This document shows, piece after piece, positions 9,586 through 19,062 of a DNA stretch of 64,000 nucleotides (its first letter is position 1; each line of letters starts with the position of its first letter). The stretch is taken from contig CAZUKA010000001.1 of assembly GCA_964620905.1 (NCBI GenBank), positions 298,589 to 362,588 of the forward strand, written 5' to 3'. This DNA is from an uncultured Gammaproteobacteria bacterium (lineage in GTDB: Bacteria; Patescibacteriota; Patescibacteriia; S139-126). Position numbers and translations under genes: made by a program. The notes under the pieces are model-generated. The model saw only the letters and a program-made list of their open reading frames with translations, searched no databases and was not told the DNA's origin.

Positions 9586-11349
9586 ATGTCAATATTCAAA
9601 GAATCAGACAAAAAAATAGAGCTTGACGCACTGCGTCACTCTGTCTCTCACTTGCTAGCTGCTGCTGTATTAGAACTTTGGCCAGGCACCAAAAATACTA
9701 TTGGTCCGGCAATTGCCAACGGATTTTATTATGACTTTGAATTTAAAAAACCAATTTCCGAAAATGACTTACCAAAAATAGAAGAAAAGATGCATACACT
9801 AATAAAAGATTGGGATGAATTTAAACGTGAGGAAGTAAGTATCAATAAAGCCAAACAAACTTATGGTGACAATCAATACAAATTAGAATTAATTGAAGAA
9901 TTTTCCCAAGCCGGCAAAACTTTAAGCTTTTATCATTCTGGTAAATTTACTGATCTGTGTCGGGGTGGACACGTGACAAAACCAAACAAAGAATTGAAGC
10001 ATTTTAAATTGCTATCACTGGCAGGGGCTTATTGGCGCGGTAGTGAAAAAAATACCATGCTCACCCGTATTTACGGCACGGCCTTTTTTTCAAAAAAAGA
10101 ATTGGAAGAATACTTACAAAAACTGGAAGATGCCAAAAAACGCGACCATCGTAAAATCGGTCAAGAACAAGAACTTTTCTTTTTTGACTCTTTAGTTGGA
10201 AAAGGACTACCAATGTGGCTACCAAAAGGTACTATTATAAAAAACGAAGTGGAGAAGCTGGCGATGGAACTGGAAAATAAATACGGTTATGAAAGAATTT
10301 CCACCCCCCATCTAGCTAAACAAGAACTATATCTCACCTCCGGTCATTTGCCCTATTATCAAGACTCAATGTATCCAGCAATGGAAATGGATGATGGTAC
10401 CTATTATTTAAAAAGTATGAATTGCCCTCACCATCATCTAGTATTTAAAGCAAAACCCAGAAGCTACCGAGATTTGCCAATCAGACTAGCTGAATACGGT
10501 ACAGTCTATCGCAATGAACTCTCCGGTACCCTAGCTGGACTCTTGCGGGTTAGATCTTTGCAGATGAACGATGCTCATATTTATTGTCGTAAAGATCAAA
10601 TTAAAACTGAAGTAAAAAAAGTAATAGAATTGAATTTAGAATTATTTAAGATTTTTGGATTAAATAATTTCTGGTTTAGATTGTCAAAGTGGGATCCAAA
10701 TCATAAAGAAAAATATGTCAATGAACCAGCCAACTGGGAATACTCTCAAAATATCCTTCGTGAAGTTTTACAAGAAAACAAAGTTGATTTTGTTGAAGCT
10801 GATGACGAAGCTGCTTTTTATGGTCCAAAAATTGATGTGCAATTTGAGTCAGTCATTGGCCGGGAAGAAACTATGTCCACTATTCAACTTGATTTTGTGG
10901 CTAAAACAAAATTCAACCTTACTTATACTAACCATGATGGTAAAGACAATAATGAAATATTTGTTATTCATCGTGCCCCCCTATCTACCCACGAACGATT
11001 TATGGCTTTTTTGATTGAACACTACGCCGGCGTCTGGCCAATTTGGCTTTCGCCGGTACAAGTAGCAATAATTTCAGTTGGCAAAGAACATCATGATTTT
11101 TGTCAGCAACTGGCTAGTGAATTTAAAAAATATGACATCCGTACTAATGTTGACGATGCCAATGAAACTGTGGGCAATAAAATACGTAAAGCCAGTCATG
11201 ACAAAATTCCTTATATTTTGGTAATTGGTGACAAAGAAATAAAATCTGATCAACTAATGGTCAGAGTCCGCGGACAAGAAAAACTCTTAACTATTGGAAA
11301 AAAAGAATTTATCGACCGCTTGATACAGGAAACAAACGAACGTCAATAA
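9586..11349 (+). CDS. thrS: Threonyl-tRNA synthetase (short form lacking the N-terminal TGS domain)
   Basis: Second additional domain with HxxxH (SVSHLLAAAV), class II core motifs (HRKIGQEQELFFF, FYGPKIDVQ, RAPLSTHERF) and a C-terminal anticodon-binding domain. 587 aa, against about 640 for the canonical enzyme. Confidence 0.95.
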   Translation: MSIFKESDKKIELDALRHSVSHLLAAAVLELWPGTKNTIGPAIANGFYYDFEFKKPISENDLPKIEEKMHTLIKDWDEFKREEVSINKAKQTYGDNQYKLELIEEFSQAGKTLSFYHSGKFTDLCRGGHVTKPNKELKHFKLLSLAGAYWRGSEKNTMLTRIYGTAFFSKKELEEYLQKLEDAKKRDHRKIGQEQELFFFDSLVGKGLPMWLPKGTIIKNEVEKLAMELENKYGYERISTPHLAKQELYLTSGHLPYYQDSMYPAMEMDDGTYYLKSMNCPHHHLVFKAKPRSYRDLPIRLAEYGTVYRNELSGTLAGLLRVRSLQMNDAHIYCRKDQIKTEVKKVIELNLELFKIFGLNNFWFRLSKWDPNHKEKYVNEPANWEYSQNILREVLQENKVDFVEADDEAAFYGPKIDVQFESVIGREETMSTIQLDFVAKTKFNLTYTNHDGKDNNEIFVIHRAPLSTHERFMAFLIEHYAGVWPIWLSPVQVAIISVGKEHHDFCQQLASEFKKYDIRTNVDDANETVGNKIRKASHDKIPYILVIGDKEIKSDQLMVRVRGQEKLLTIGKKEFIDRLIQETNERQ

Positions 11350-11362
11350 TAAAAATCATAAA

Positions 11363-11390
11363 ACAAACCCCATTTTCGGGGTTTGTTTTA
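11363..11390 (+). terminator. Intrinsic terminator after thrS
   Basis: ACAAACCCC-attttc-GGGGTTTGT hairpin followed by TTTTA. Confidence 0.6.
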
Positions 11391-11393
11391 TGA

Positions 11394-11422
11394 TTGACAA
11401 AATATGAATAATTTGCTATTAT
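11394..11422 (+). promoter_or_regulatory. Sigma70-like promoter (ATGATTGACAAAA...TGcTATTAT)
   Basis: TTGACA at 11394-11399, a 17-nt spacer, extended -10 TGcTATTAT. The upstream flank ATGATTGACAAAA is shared with the promoters at 40542 and 41085. Confidence 0.5.
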
Positions 11423-11473
11423 TTATAGTTCGTAATATTAAAAATTCATTAATTAAATAAAAAGGATTCAGAA

Positions 11474-11938
11474 ATGAAAGATTCACCAGTTACAAATACT
11501 GAAAAAAAAGTTGATTCCGAATTCAGGAAAATATTTTCTTGTGATCATGTACTAGTGCGTGTACCCCTTCCAAATAAATATATGCGCTATGATAAAGCGC
11601 ATAAATTCTTAAATAAGGAAAATAAATTAGTGTTTATACCTAGTAACTTTGTACGTGGATTTTTATTTCCAGGTACGAAAATGATAATGTATATACATTA
11701 CTATATTTCAGAAGATTATTTGGGTGGAATTATTGTAGCTCAAATTGAATTACAAAAAAAAATATATCCTGATAATCGCGTGCAGTACATTCTTAATGTA
11801 AGACCACAATCAAATGTTGGGCCTAAATACGAACTCAAAATTATCGCAAATAAGCCAAATAGAAACGATGACCTTGGTTATCTAATATGTATTGAGGGCA
11901 AAGCAATTGGTAAAATTGCTTGCCGAGAGATTGTATAA
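11474..11938 (+). CDS. Hypothetical protein
   Basis: 154-aa ORF with SD-like AAAAGGA upstream, bracketed by a promoter and a terminator. No family recognised. Confidence 0.5.
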   Translation: MKDSPVTNTEKKVDSEFRKIFSCDHVLVRVPLPNKYMRYDKAHKFLNKENKLVFIPSNFVRGFLFPGTKMIMYIHYYISEDYLGGIIVAQIELQKKIYPDNRVQYILNVRPQSNVGPKYELKIIANKPNRNDDLGYLICIEGKAIGKIACREIV

Positions 11939-11946
11939 AAAAACAA

Positions 11947-11972
11947 GGGACAGCTATCAAGCTGTCCTTTTC
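11947..11972. terminator. Bidirectional intrinsic terminator between convergent genes
   Basis: GGACAGCT-atca-AGCTGTCC hairpin with an A-run upstream and a T-run downstream. Confidence 0.7.
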
Positions 11973-11979
11973 ATTTTGT

Positions 11980-12228
11980 TTAAATTTTAATATCTCTAGT
12001 TATACCAAGCCAAAAAGATTTTGTACCACTTTGTACGGCTTTTACCCCTTGGTTTAGAAATTTTAATTTTAAACTTTGAATATGATATTCTGTCAACAGA
12101 AAATTACCAATAAAAGTATCGTACCCAAACTTTGTACCATTGGCTGTATCAGCCAAAATTGCTTCGGCATCACTGCCAACAAAAAAATGCTTATTATAAT
12201 CTTGATCAGTGAACATGATAAATACCAT
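11980..12228 (-). CDS. Hypothetical small protein
   Basis: 82-aa ORF with a strong SD (AAGGAGAAAATATG on the minus strand). Confidence 0.45.
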   Translation of the reverse strand: MVFIMFTDQDYNKHFFVGSDAEAILADTANGTKFGYDTFIGNFLLTEYHIQSLKLKFLNQGVKAVQSGTKSFWLGITRDIKI

Positions 12229-12308
12229 ATTTTCTCCTTTATTTTATAAATTGATAAACAACTATTTGCTAGTAAACTACTTTAAAATAATATATTTGTC
12301 AATAAATC

Positions 12309-12337
12309 TTGACATAAAGAAAATATTTTGTTAAACT
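12309..12337 (+). promoter_or_regulatory. Sigma70-like promoter (TTGACA-17-TAAACT)
   Basis: TTGACA at 12309-12314 and TAAACT at 12332-12337. The SD GGAGGA lies 6 nt upstream of the ATG at 12364. Confidence 0.5.
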
Positions 12338-12363
12338 AATATGATTTTTTACATGGAGGAAAA

Positions 12364-12624
12364 ATGTTCGTTTACATTATTTATTTTCTAATTGTCATGC
12401 AAATGCTGGCCTGGTTGTTTTTTTCGCTAAAAGGCGGAAACATTACTGATAAACAGTTCTATCTGTTTACTTTGGGAATGCTTTTGGGGCAATTTGGCGC
12501 CTCAATAGAGACATTTATAAATAATTCCTGGGGAACATTTGTGGTACAATTATACTTTTTTATATTTACATTGATTGGTGGTATTAAAAGATACCGTCTA
12601 ACTAAAAAAAGGACTACACAATAG
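12364..12624 (+). CDS. Hypothetical 2-TM small membrane protein
   Basis: 86 aa with two hydrophobic helices, a strong promoter and an RBS. Confidence 0.45.
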   Translation: MFVYIIYFLIVMQMLAWLFFSLKGGNITDKQFYLFTLGMLLGQFGASIETFINNSWGTFVVQLYFFIFTLIGGIKRYRLTKKRTTQ

Positions 12625-12663
12625 TAGTCTTTTTTATTTAAAACTATAAAATTAATATAAAAA

Positions 12664-12681
12664 AACGGACTTACGTCCGTT
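12664..12681. terminator. Bidirectional intrinsic terminator
   Basis: AACGGAC-ttac-GTCCGTT hairpin overlapping the GNAT stop codon. T-run TTTTTTTAT on the minus strand. Confidence 0.6.
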
Positions 12682-13132
12682 TATGATTAACTCTCATCTC
12701 TACTTGACCAGTTTTTTTAAAACCCAACTTTTTATAAAATTTATGATTTTTTTCAACACAATTTAAAATAACCTTATAACAACCAATTTTTATAGATTGG
12801 GATACAAGATATTTGATCAAATTTTTACCTATCCCCAGACCTCTCATATTTTTTTCTACTACAATATTTTCTATATGACCATATGGCCTACCACTATGAG
12901 ATAAATTTAATTGAACCAAAAGCATGCCCGTACCAACAATATTATTTTTGTATTTAGCGATAATTAATATATAATTATTATCATTTATAATCCTTTTAAG
13001 GATTGCTGCATATTGTTTATTGCTTTTTTTTATATTATTCACAACATCAACTGGGCTTAATTGGTAAAGTAATAATAAAATGGAGTTTAAATCACTCAAT
13101 CTTGCTTTTCTTATGATAAAAATTTTTTTCAT
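12671..13132 (-). CDS. GNAT family N-acetyltransferase
   Basis: Acetyl-CoA binding motif: HIENIVVEKNMRGLGIGKNLIKYL...KFYKKLGFKKTG. Confidence 0.75.
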   Translation of the reverse strand: MKKIFIIRKARLSDLNSILLLLYQLSPVDVVNNIKKSNKQYAAILKRIINDNNYILIIAKYKNNIVGTGMLLVQLNLSHSGRPYGHIENIVVEKNMRGLGIGKNLIKYLVSQSIKIGCYKVILNCVEKNHKFYKKLGFKKTGQVEMRVNHKRT

Positions 13133-13234
13133 TTTTACTCCTAATTAAATATTAAAAAACTATATAAATCACACTAACATAAAATAATTCTTGATTCAAG
13201 AACATTTTTATCATATAATACAAAGCACGAATTT

Positions 13235-14551
13235 ATGACAAAAAAACTCAAATACTATCTATTTGTGATTGGTTGCCAAATGAATTTATCCGATGCGGAA
13301 AGACTGGAAACAATCCTCCAAACCATCGGCTATACCAAAACAACCATAGAAGCAGAAGCTGATTTTATCGGTGTGGTTTCTTGTGCGGTCAGACAAAAAG
13401 CCATGGACAGGATTTATGGAAAAATCAGACGATGGAATCTAATGAAAGAATCACGTCCGCTTATCACTCTGCTAACAGGTTGTGTGCTTAAACATGACAA
13501 AAATAAACTCAAATATGAATTTGATATTTTACTGGATATGAAAGATATTCAAAAACTTCCCCAAGAATTGAAAATCCGCCAAGCCCAACTGGGTGATTTT
13601 ATTCCGGCTACTTCCTATCTGCAGATAAAACCAACTTATGAATCCGGCTACAAAGCTTATGTGCCAATTATGACTGGGTGTAATAAATTTTGTACTTATT
13701 GTGCTGTCCCCTATACCAGGGGTCCTGAAGTATCTCGTAGTGCTGAAGAAATTTTTGAAGAAATAAATACTTTACTAAAAAAAGGCTACAAAGAAATTAC
13801 TTTACTTGGTCAAAACGTAAACTCCTACGGTCTTGATAACAAAGATACTCGTAGCCCAAATTACAAAAAAGCTATGCTGACTTTTCCCGAACTTTTACAT
13901 GAAATCAACTCCTGGCGTGGTAATTTTTGGCTACGTTTTGTTACCTCTCACCCTTACGATATGTCAGATGAACTAATTAATGTAATGGCAGAAAAAAAAC
14001 ATCTTACTGAATATATGCATTTACCAGTCCAATCAGGTAGCGATAAGATACTAAAAAAAATGAATCGTAATTATACGGTTAAACATTATTTAAATAAATT
14101 AAAAAAAGTACGTTCAACAATTCCTATCATCTCTTTATCTACGGATATTATTGTTGGTTTTTCCGGTGAAACAGCTAAAGACTTTAGGCAAACAGCCCAA
14201 CTAATGGATAAAGTTGGTTATGACATGGCTTATATTTCGCAATATTCTCCTCGACCCGGGACTTCTGCTGCTAGACTATATCCTGATGACATATCACGAG
14301 AAATTAAAAAACAACGCGAATATCAACTCAATGAAATTCTTAAAAAAACGGCTTTCACCTATAACCAAAAATTTTTAAATAAAACTACCTCTGTACTGGT
14401 AGATGGGATAAAAAATAAAAAACTTCACGGTAAAAACCGAGAATTTAAAACTGTGCAATTCCCAGGCCCCAAAAAACTGATCGGTAATTTTGTTAATGTA
14501 AAAATAAATAAAGCTGGTACTTGGGGATTATCAGGTACCATAAAAAAATAA
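13235..14551 (+). CDS. miaB: tRNA-i6A37 methylthiotransferase (radical SAM MTTase; MiaB assigned by adjacency to miaA)
   Basis: UPF0004 N-terminal domain (IGCQMNLSDAERL), radical-SAM CxxxCxxC (CNKFCTYCAVPYTRG) and a C-terminal TRAM domain. Confidence 0.8.
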   Translation: MTKKLKYYLFVIGCQMNLSDAERLETILQTIGYTKTTIEAEADFIGVVSCAVRQKAMDRIYGKIRRWNLMKESRPLITLLTGCVLKHDKNKLKYEFDILLDMKDIQKLPQELKIRQAQLGDFIPATSYLQIKPTYESGYKAYVPIMTGCNKFCTYCAVPYTRGPEVSRSAEEIFEEINTLLKKGYKEITLLGQNVNSYGLDNKDTRSPNYKKAMLTFPELLHEINSWRGNFWLRFVTSHPYDMSDELINVMAEKKHLTEYMHLPVQSGSDKILKKMNRNYTVKHYLNKLKKVRSTIPIISLSTDIIVGFSGETAKDFRQTAQLMDKVGYDMAYISQYSPRPGTSAARLYPDDISREIKKQREYQLNEILKKTAFTYNQKFLNKTTSVLVDGIKNKKLHGKNREFKTVQFPGPKKLIGNFVNVKINKAGTWGLSGTIKK

Positions 14552-15492
14552 TGTCCAAGAAAAAAATTTTAATAATATTAGGACCAACTGCCTCAGGTAA
14601 AACTGAATTGGCTTTACGTTTGGCTAAAAAATTCAATGGCTTTGTAATATCAGCTGATTCAAGACAACTTTATAAAGAAATGAATATTGGTACGGCTAAA
14701 CCGAAGGGTAGAATATTGAATTTTGAATCTGGAATAAAGAATATAAATACAGTTTATTCTGTTCAAAATATTCCACATTTTATGCTAGATATAATAAATA
14801 CAAATAAATTATTCACTTTGGCTGATTGGCTTAAAATTACCAAACAAATATTAAACTCCAAAATTCTAAATTCTAAATTCCAGATTCCAATAATCTGTGG
14901 TGGTACTGGACTTTATATTTCAGCTCTAGTTGATAATTATGATTTACCCCAAGGTAAAGTTGATTTGCTTTTACGAAAAAAACTAAATAAGCTATCACTT
15001 TTATCATTACAAAAAAAATTAAAAAAACTTGATTTAGCTGCGTATGAAACAATCGACCAACAAAACAAGATTAAAATTATCAGAGCACTAGAATATGTTT
15101 TAACCAATCAACGTATCTTTAAACCAAAGACTAATCAAAAATCATCTTATAAATTTTTACAAATTGGATTGAATATACCACGAGAAAAACTTTACCAAAG
15201 AATAAATCAACGAGTAGATAAAATGATAAAAAACGGTCTAATCGAAGAAGTCAAACGACTTACTAAAAAATATTCAGCTAATCTACCGTCAATGTCTGGA
15301 ATTGGTTATAAACAGATTCAAATGTATTTAAATAACAAAATAGACAAAACTCAAGCAATTGAAATGATAAAAACTGATACCAGACACTATGCCAAAAGAC
15401 AACTCACTTGGTTTAAGAGAAATAAAAATATTATTTGGATTAAAAAATATCATACTGCCGAAAAATTAGTAAAAAATTTTTTACAAAATTAA
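14551..15492 (+). CDS. miaA: tRNA dimethylallyltransferase
   Basis: P-loop ILGPTASGKTELALRLA and DSRQLYKEMNIGTAKP. The ATG at 14551 overlaps the miaB stop (TAATG); the track ORF starts at an upstream TTG at 14521. Confidence 0.9.
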   Translation: MSKKKILIILGPTASGKTELALRLAKKFNGFVISADSRQLYKEMNIGTAKPKGRILNFESGIKNINTVYSVQNIPHFMLDIINTNKLFTLADWLKITKQILNSKILNSKFQIPIICGGTGLYISALVDNYDLPQGKVDLLLRKKLNKLSLLSLQKKLKKLDLAAYETIDQQNKIKIIRALEYVLTNQRIFKPKTNQKSSYKFLQIGLNIPREKLYQRINQRVDKMIKNGLIEEVKRLTKKYSANLPSMSGIGYKQIQMYLNNKIDKTQAIEMIKTDTRHYAKRQLTWFKRNKNIIWIKKYHTAEKLVKNFLQN

Positions 15493-15493
15493 A

Positions 15494-15517
15494 GGGAGCA
15501 TGCTGCTCCCTTATTTT
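15494..15517. terminator. Bidirectional intrinsic terminator between miaA and the convergent gene
   Basis: GGGAGCA-tgc-TGCTCCC hairpin followed by TTATTTT. Confidence 0.7.
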
Positions 15518-16529
15518 AATAGAATTTTTGAATTTTTTTCTTTATCATCTCAAAATTTTTTGACTTAATGTGCAACCGATCTTCCCGGTGCCAATCATTT
15601 GCCTCTTCATTCGGCAAAAGTTCAAATAATTTGAAATGTTTTTGAAATCTCCTAGGAGTAAATAAACTTATTTGATCCCCAAGTTTTCCAATTAATCTTA
15701 TTGCCACGATTGAATTATTATCACCCTGACGAAACATTTCAGCTTTCAATAACCCCAAGTTGGGTTTAATACCTTGTTGATACTCTTTTAAAATATCAAC
15801 ATAGACTAAACCTTTTTCCTTCTTAATGTTTACAAATAGATTTTGTGTTAGGATTTTATTTTGCTGATATTCAGCGGTGATGATATTTATGTAATCACTA
15901 ATTACTTCGTCATTTTGTCCGTTTTCTATCCAAACACGCAATTTCTCGTACAAAGTTTGACGATTCTCCTGACGGGAGACCGGATTAACAAAATAGCTGG
16001 GACCATAAAATGTTCCCATTAGATAAATATTCGCTAGTGGCGAATAACCATTACTATTAATTTGACCTTCAAATTTATTGGCGTCAATGTCAAGTTGATC
16101 ATAAAATTTTTGGTCAAAACAACCCTTTAAATAAGACAAGTATCCATCTAAATCATCATGAAATACAACGAAATCAACCTTTCTTTTTAACCATTCACCA
16201 ATTTCTACCATACTGGTAGCCGAGGGGGCAAACTCCCCGGGTAATACGCGGGCATTTTTACCCAAACGATCAACAATTTGATGATAGTTTGAAATATTTT
16301 TTTCTTTATTTTCGTGATGATCAATATATACCACTTCAATACCAAAATTGATGAGAGTTTTTATTAAATCAACTATTTGATCTGATGGACCTAGATCCAC
16401 CAGGGCAACTTTTTTTATTTTATTTAATAAAATAAACTCTGCTATCAATAATAGATGAATATAAGATAGAAAGGGTTGTATGGCAAACCCTTTAATACCA
16501 TTGATTATGGTATGGATTATGGGCTCCAT
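15516..16529 (-). CDS. Hypothetical protein with DHH-phosphoesterase-like motifs in non-canonical order
   Basis: Contains VVYIDHHEN (DHH motif III-like), then about 45 aa later FHDDLDGYLS (motif I-like HxDxDGxxS), and VALVDLGPSD. Confidence 0.45.
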   Translation of the reverse strand: MEPIIHTIINGIKGFAIQPFLSYIHLLLIAEFILLNKIKKVALVDLGPSDQIVDLIKTLINFGIEVVYIDHHENKEKNISNYHQIVDRLGKNARVLPGEFAPSATSMVEIGEWLKRKVDFVVFHDDLDGYLSYLKGCFDQKFYDQLDIDANKFEGQINSNGYSPLANIYLMGTFYGPSYFVNPVSRQENRQTLYEKLRVWIENGQNDEVISDYINIITAEYQQNKILTQNLFVNIKKEKGLVYVDILKEYQQGIKPNLGLLKAEMFRQGDNNSIVAIRLIGKLGDQISLFTPRRFQKHFKLFELLPNEEANDWHREDRLHIKSKNFEMIKKKIQKFY

Positions 16530-16644
16530 AACTCACCTCCATGAATTTAATTTATAATTTTATTAATTTTTAATATACAAAATAATGTCAATAAACGACT
16601 GCTTAGTATATCTGACTTTCAACATTTTGTCAAGTATATAAAAA

Positions 16645-16661
16645 AGGCAGTCTAACTGCCT
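16645..16661 (-). terminator. Intrinsic terminator
   Basis: AGGCAGT-cta-ACTGCCT hairpin overlapping the stop of ORF 16652..17080. TTTTTTAT on the minus strand. Confidence 0.6.
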
Positions 16662-17080
16662 TTAGTTTGATTATTAAAGTTTGGGGATATACCCAAACGT
16701 GTAATAATTTTTTCAGTCATGGAAACTGAGATAGTAAATAAAATTTGTTTCTGGTAAATATAAATTATGGTTTTTTCTTCATTGTCTCCGCAGATTTTAA
16801 TTTTTATTTTTTTTATCTCCGGTAATTTTTTATCAGTAAAAAATTCTAAAATTTTTTCTTTAGAGCAATACAAACCTTCGGAAAAGGTTTCACCAACAAT
16901 AATCGAATCAGCCATCATAGCCGTTAACCAATTTTGATCATTGGTTAAAAAACCGTCATAAAATATTTTTCCGAAATCATAAAAAAAAGAAGAGTCAGTC
17001 GTTGGGTGTTTTTCCTGAGATAAAGCAGAAGAAATGCTCAGTACAATTAAACCAGCCACAAAAAAATGCGTTAAACGCAT
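16652..17080 (-). CDS. Hypothetical secreted protein
   Basis: 142 aa with an N-terminal signal peptide (MRLTHFFVAGLIVLSISSALSQE). Confidence 0.5.
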   Translation of the reverse strand: MRLTHFFVAGLIVLSISSALSQEKHPTTDSSFFYDFGKIFYDGFLTNDQNWLTAMMADSIIVGETFSEGLYCSKEKILEFFTDKKLPEIKKIKIKICGDNEEKTIIYIYQKQILFTISVSMTEKIITRLGISPNFNNQTKGS

Positions 17081-17182
17081 AGATCCTCCCTGATATTAAG
17101 TTGTTAAATAAGTTTTAAATAAACTGAATCTTTACATTTTACAACTTCCAATAAAAAAGTCAATCTAAACTATATATAAAAA

Positions 17183-18676
17183 TCAGGTGAGTAATTTGAT
17201 AAGTAATTCTTCAACTTTCACCGGATCTGCTTTACCTTTGGATTTTTTCATAACCATACCAATTAAAAATTTAAGCACAGCAGTTTTGCCCTGTTTATAC
17301 TGGCCAACTTGACTATTATTTTCAGATATTACTTCTTTTATCAAATCTTCAATATCACTACCTGATGTTTGTTGAAGATCAAGTTCATCCATAATATCTG
17401 ACGGGTCTTTACCAGTAGTAAACATTTTTTCTAAGATTGCCTGGGCAGCAGTAGAATTTACCCGTCGGGTAAAAACTAATTGCAAAAATTCGGCCATATT
17501 TTCTGGAGTGATTTTCAAATCAACCACCTCTAAATTATTTTTATTTATTAATTGTAATAAATTATTCAATAACCAATTAGCTACCAATTTGGCAATTTTA
17601 TCTTTGTATTGTTCTTGGATTTCTGCAACTGTACCTTGCAGATTATCTCCTGATTCTAACCAAGCTAAAAATTCAGAATATACTTTTTCTGCATAACGAT
17701 CAAATCCCGAAAAAGACAGCAAAATATTTACCTCTGATAATTTAAAACCATATTCACCAATCAGACGATGTCTGGTTTGATTCGGTAATTCAGGTATCTG
17801 TTTTTTTATTGTAGCTACCTCTGGTGAAGTTAAAATAAGTGGGGGTAAGTCAGGTTCCGGAAAATAGCGATAATCACTAGCTTCTTCTTTGACCCGTTGT
17901 TCAACTGTTATGTTTTTTTGTTCATCCCATCCCCTAGTACTCTGACAATCAGGTGGGCTACCGTCTTGCCATAATTTTGTCTGACGTTTAATTTCATACT
18001 CCAAAGCTCGTTCCACTGATCGAAAAGAATTTAAATTTTTTATTTCGGTCTTAGGATACAACTTATTATCACCAGCAGGACGCAAAGAGACATTAGCATC
18101 ACAACGAAGTTGCCCTTTTTCCATATCAGCATCAGATATACCAAGTAGCCACATAATTGCTCTCAATTCTTGCAAAAATATTTTGGCTTCTTGAGGGGTG
18201 TGGAAATCAGGACGCGTCACAATTTCTACCAAGGGTGTTCCCGCACGGTTAAAATCAATTAAGGCATAATCTGCTTGGTGAAAATTTTTGGCTGCATCTT
18301 CTTCCAAATGCAACCTTTCTATACCAAATTGTTTTTCGCCATCAGGCAACAATATTTCCAAAAAACCATAGCTGGCTAAAGGTTGATCATACTGAGAAAT
18401 CTGATAACCCTTGGGTAAATCGGGATAAAAATAACTTTTACGATCAAATTTTGAGTGTTCATTTACTTTCAAATTCAAGGCAAGTGCCGCTTTGATACCC
18501 AAAAATATAGCTCGCTTGTTAGTTACAGGTAATATTCCTGGATGTCCCATACAAATAGGGCAAACATTCTTGTTTGGTTCAGTGATGTCAAATTCATTGG
18601 CACAACTACAAAACATTTTTGATTTTGTTTTGAGTTGAACGTGTATTTCCAAACCAATAATCGGTTCATATTTCAT
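17183..18676 (-). CDS. gatB: Asp-tRNA(Asn)/Glu-tRNA(Gln) amidotransferase subunit B
   Basis: MKYEPIIGLEIHVQLKTKSKMFCSC..., with the conserved GatB catalytic and C-terminal YqeY-like domains. Confidence 0.95.
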   Translation of the reverse strand: MKYEPIIGLEIHVQLKTKSKMFCSCANEFDITEPNKNVCPICMGHPGILPVTNKRAIFLGIKAALALNLKVNEHSKFDRKSYFYPDLPKGYQISQYDQPLASYGFLEILLPDGEKQFGIERLHLEEDAAKNFHQADYALIDFNRAGTPLVEIVTRPDFHTPQEAKIFLQELRAIMWLLGISDADMEKGQLRCDANVSLRPAGDNKLYPKTEIKNLNSFRSVERALEYEIKRQTKLWQDGSPPDCQSTRGWDEQKNITVEQRVKEEASDYRYFPEPDLPPLILTSPEVATIKKQIPELPNQTRHRLIGEYGFKLSEVNILLSFSGFDRYAEKVYSEFLAWLESGDNLQGTVAEIQEQYKDKIAKLVANWLLNNLLQLINKNNLEVVDLKITPENMAEFLQLVFTRRVNSTAAQAILEKMFTTGKDPSDIMDELDLQQTSGSDIEDLIKEVISENNSQVGQYKQGKTAVLKFLIGMVMKKSKGKADPVKVEELLIKLLT

Positions 18677-18710
18677 AGGGAAATTTTATCATACTAAAAA
18701 AAATAAAAAA

Positions 18711-18730
18711 AGCTTGTCATAAACAAGCTT
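18711..18730. terminator. Bidirectional intrinsic terminator
   Basis: AGCTTGT-cataaa-ACAAGCT hairpin flanked by A-runs and T-runs. Confidence 0.6.
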
Positions 18731-18738
18731 TTATTAAT

Positions 18739-19041
18739 TTAAATAAAATTACTTAAGTCCTTCCACCAAATGTGGAAAATTTTTTTCATCATTTTATTGG
18801 CTTCAGTTTCGCCACATTTTTTAATCATGTCTTTATATCGGGAAATTATTTTTTGACGAAATTCTTCTTCTTTTTCCAATAATTCTTGGAGTAAGGGTGG
18901 ACAAGTTTGGCACAATGGTACCACTTGTGTTTTTAGCTGCAAGGCTGAACTAATATTATCAAACTCAATTTCGATGTCAAAATCTCTTCTCCCTGACGGA
19001 ACTTCATCCGATTTAAAATAAGAATTAATATCAAAGAACAT
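18739..19041 (-). CDS. Hypothetical protein
   Basis: 100-aa ORF with a very strong SD (AAGGAGGAGTTATG on the minus strand), 21 nt downstream of tmk. No family recognised. Confidence 0.5.
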   Translation of the reverse strand: MFFDINSYFKSDEVPSGRRDFDIEIEFDNISSALQLKTQVVPLCQTCPPLLQELLEKEEEFRQKIISRYKDMIKKCGETEANKMMKKIFHIWWKDLSNFI

Positions 19042-19062
19042 AACTCCTCCTTATATTTTGTT

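Noticed and set aside
15400-15600. Switch in predominant gene orientation (plus-strand genes left, minus-strand genes right), considered as a replication terminus/dif region
   Set aside because: Several later plus-strand genes break the pattern, and no XerCD dif-like 28-mer is visible near the convergence point. The bidirectional terminator there is explained by convergent transcription alone.
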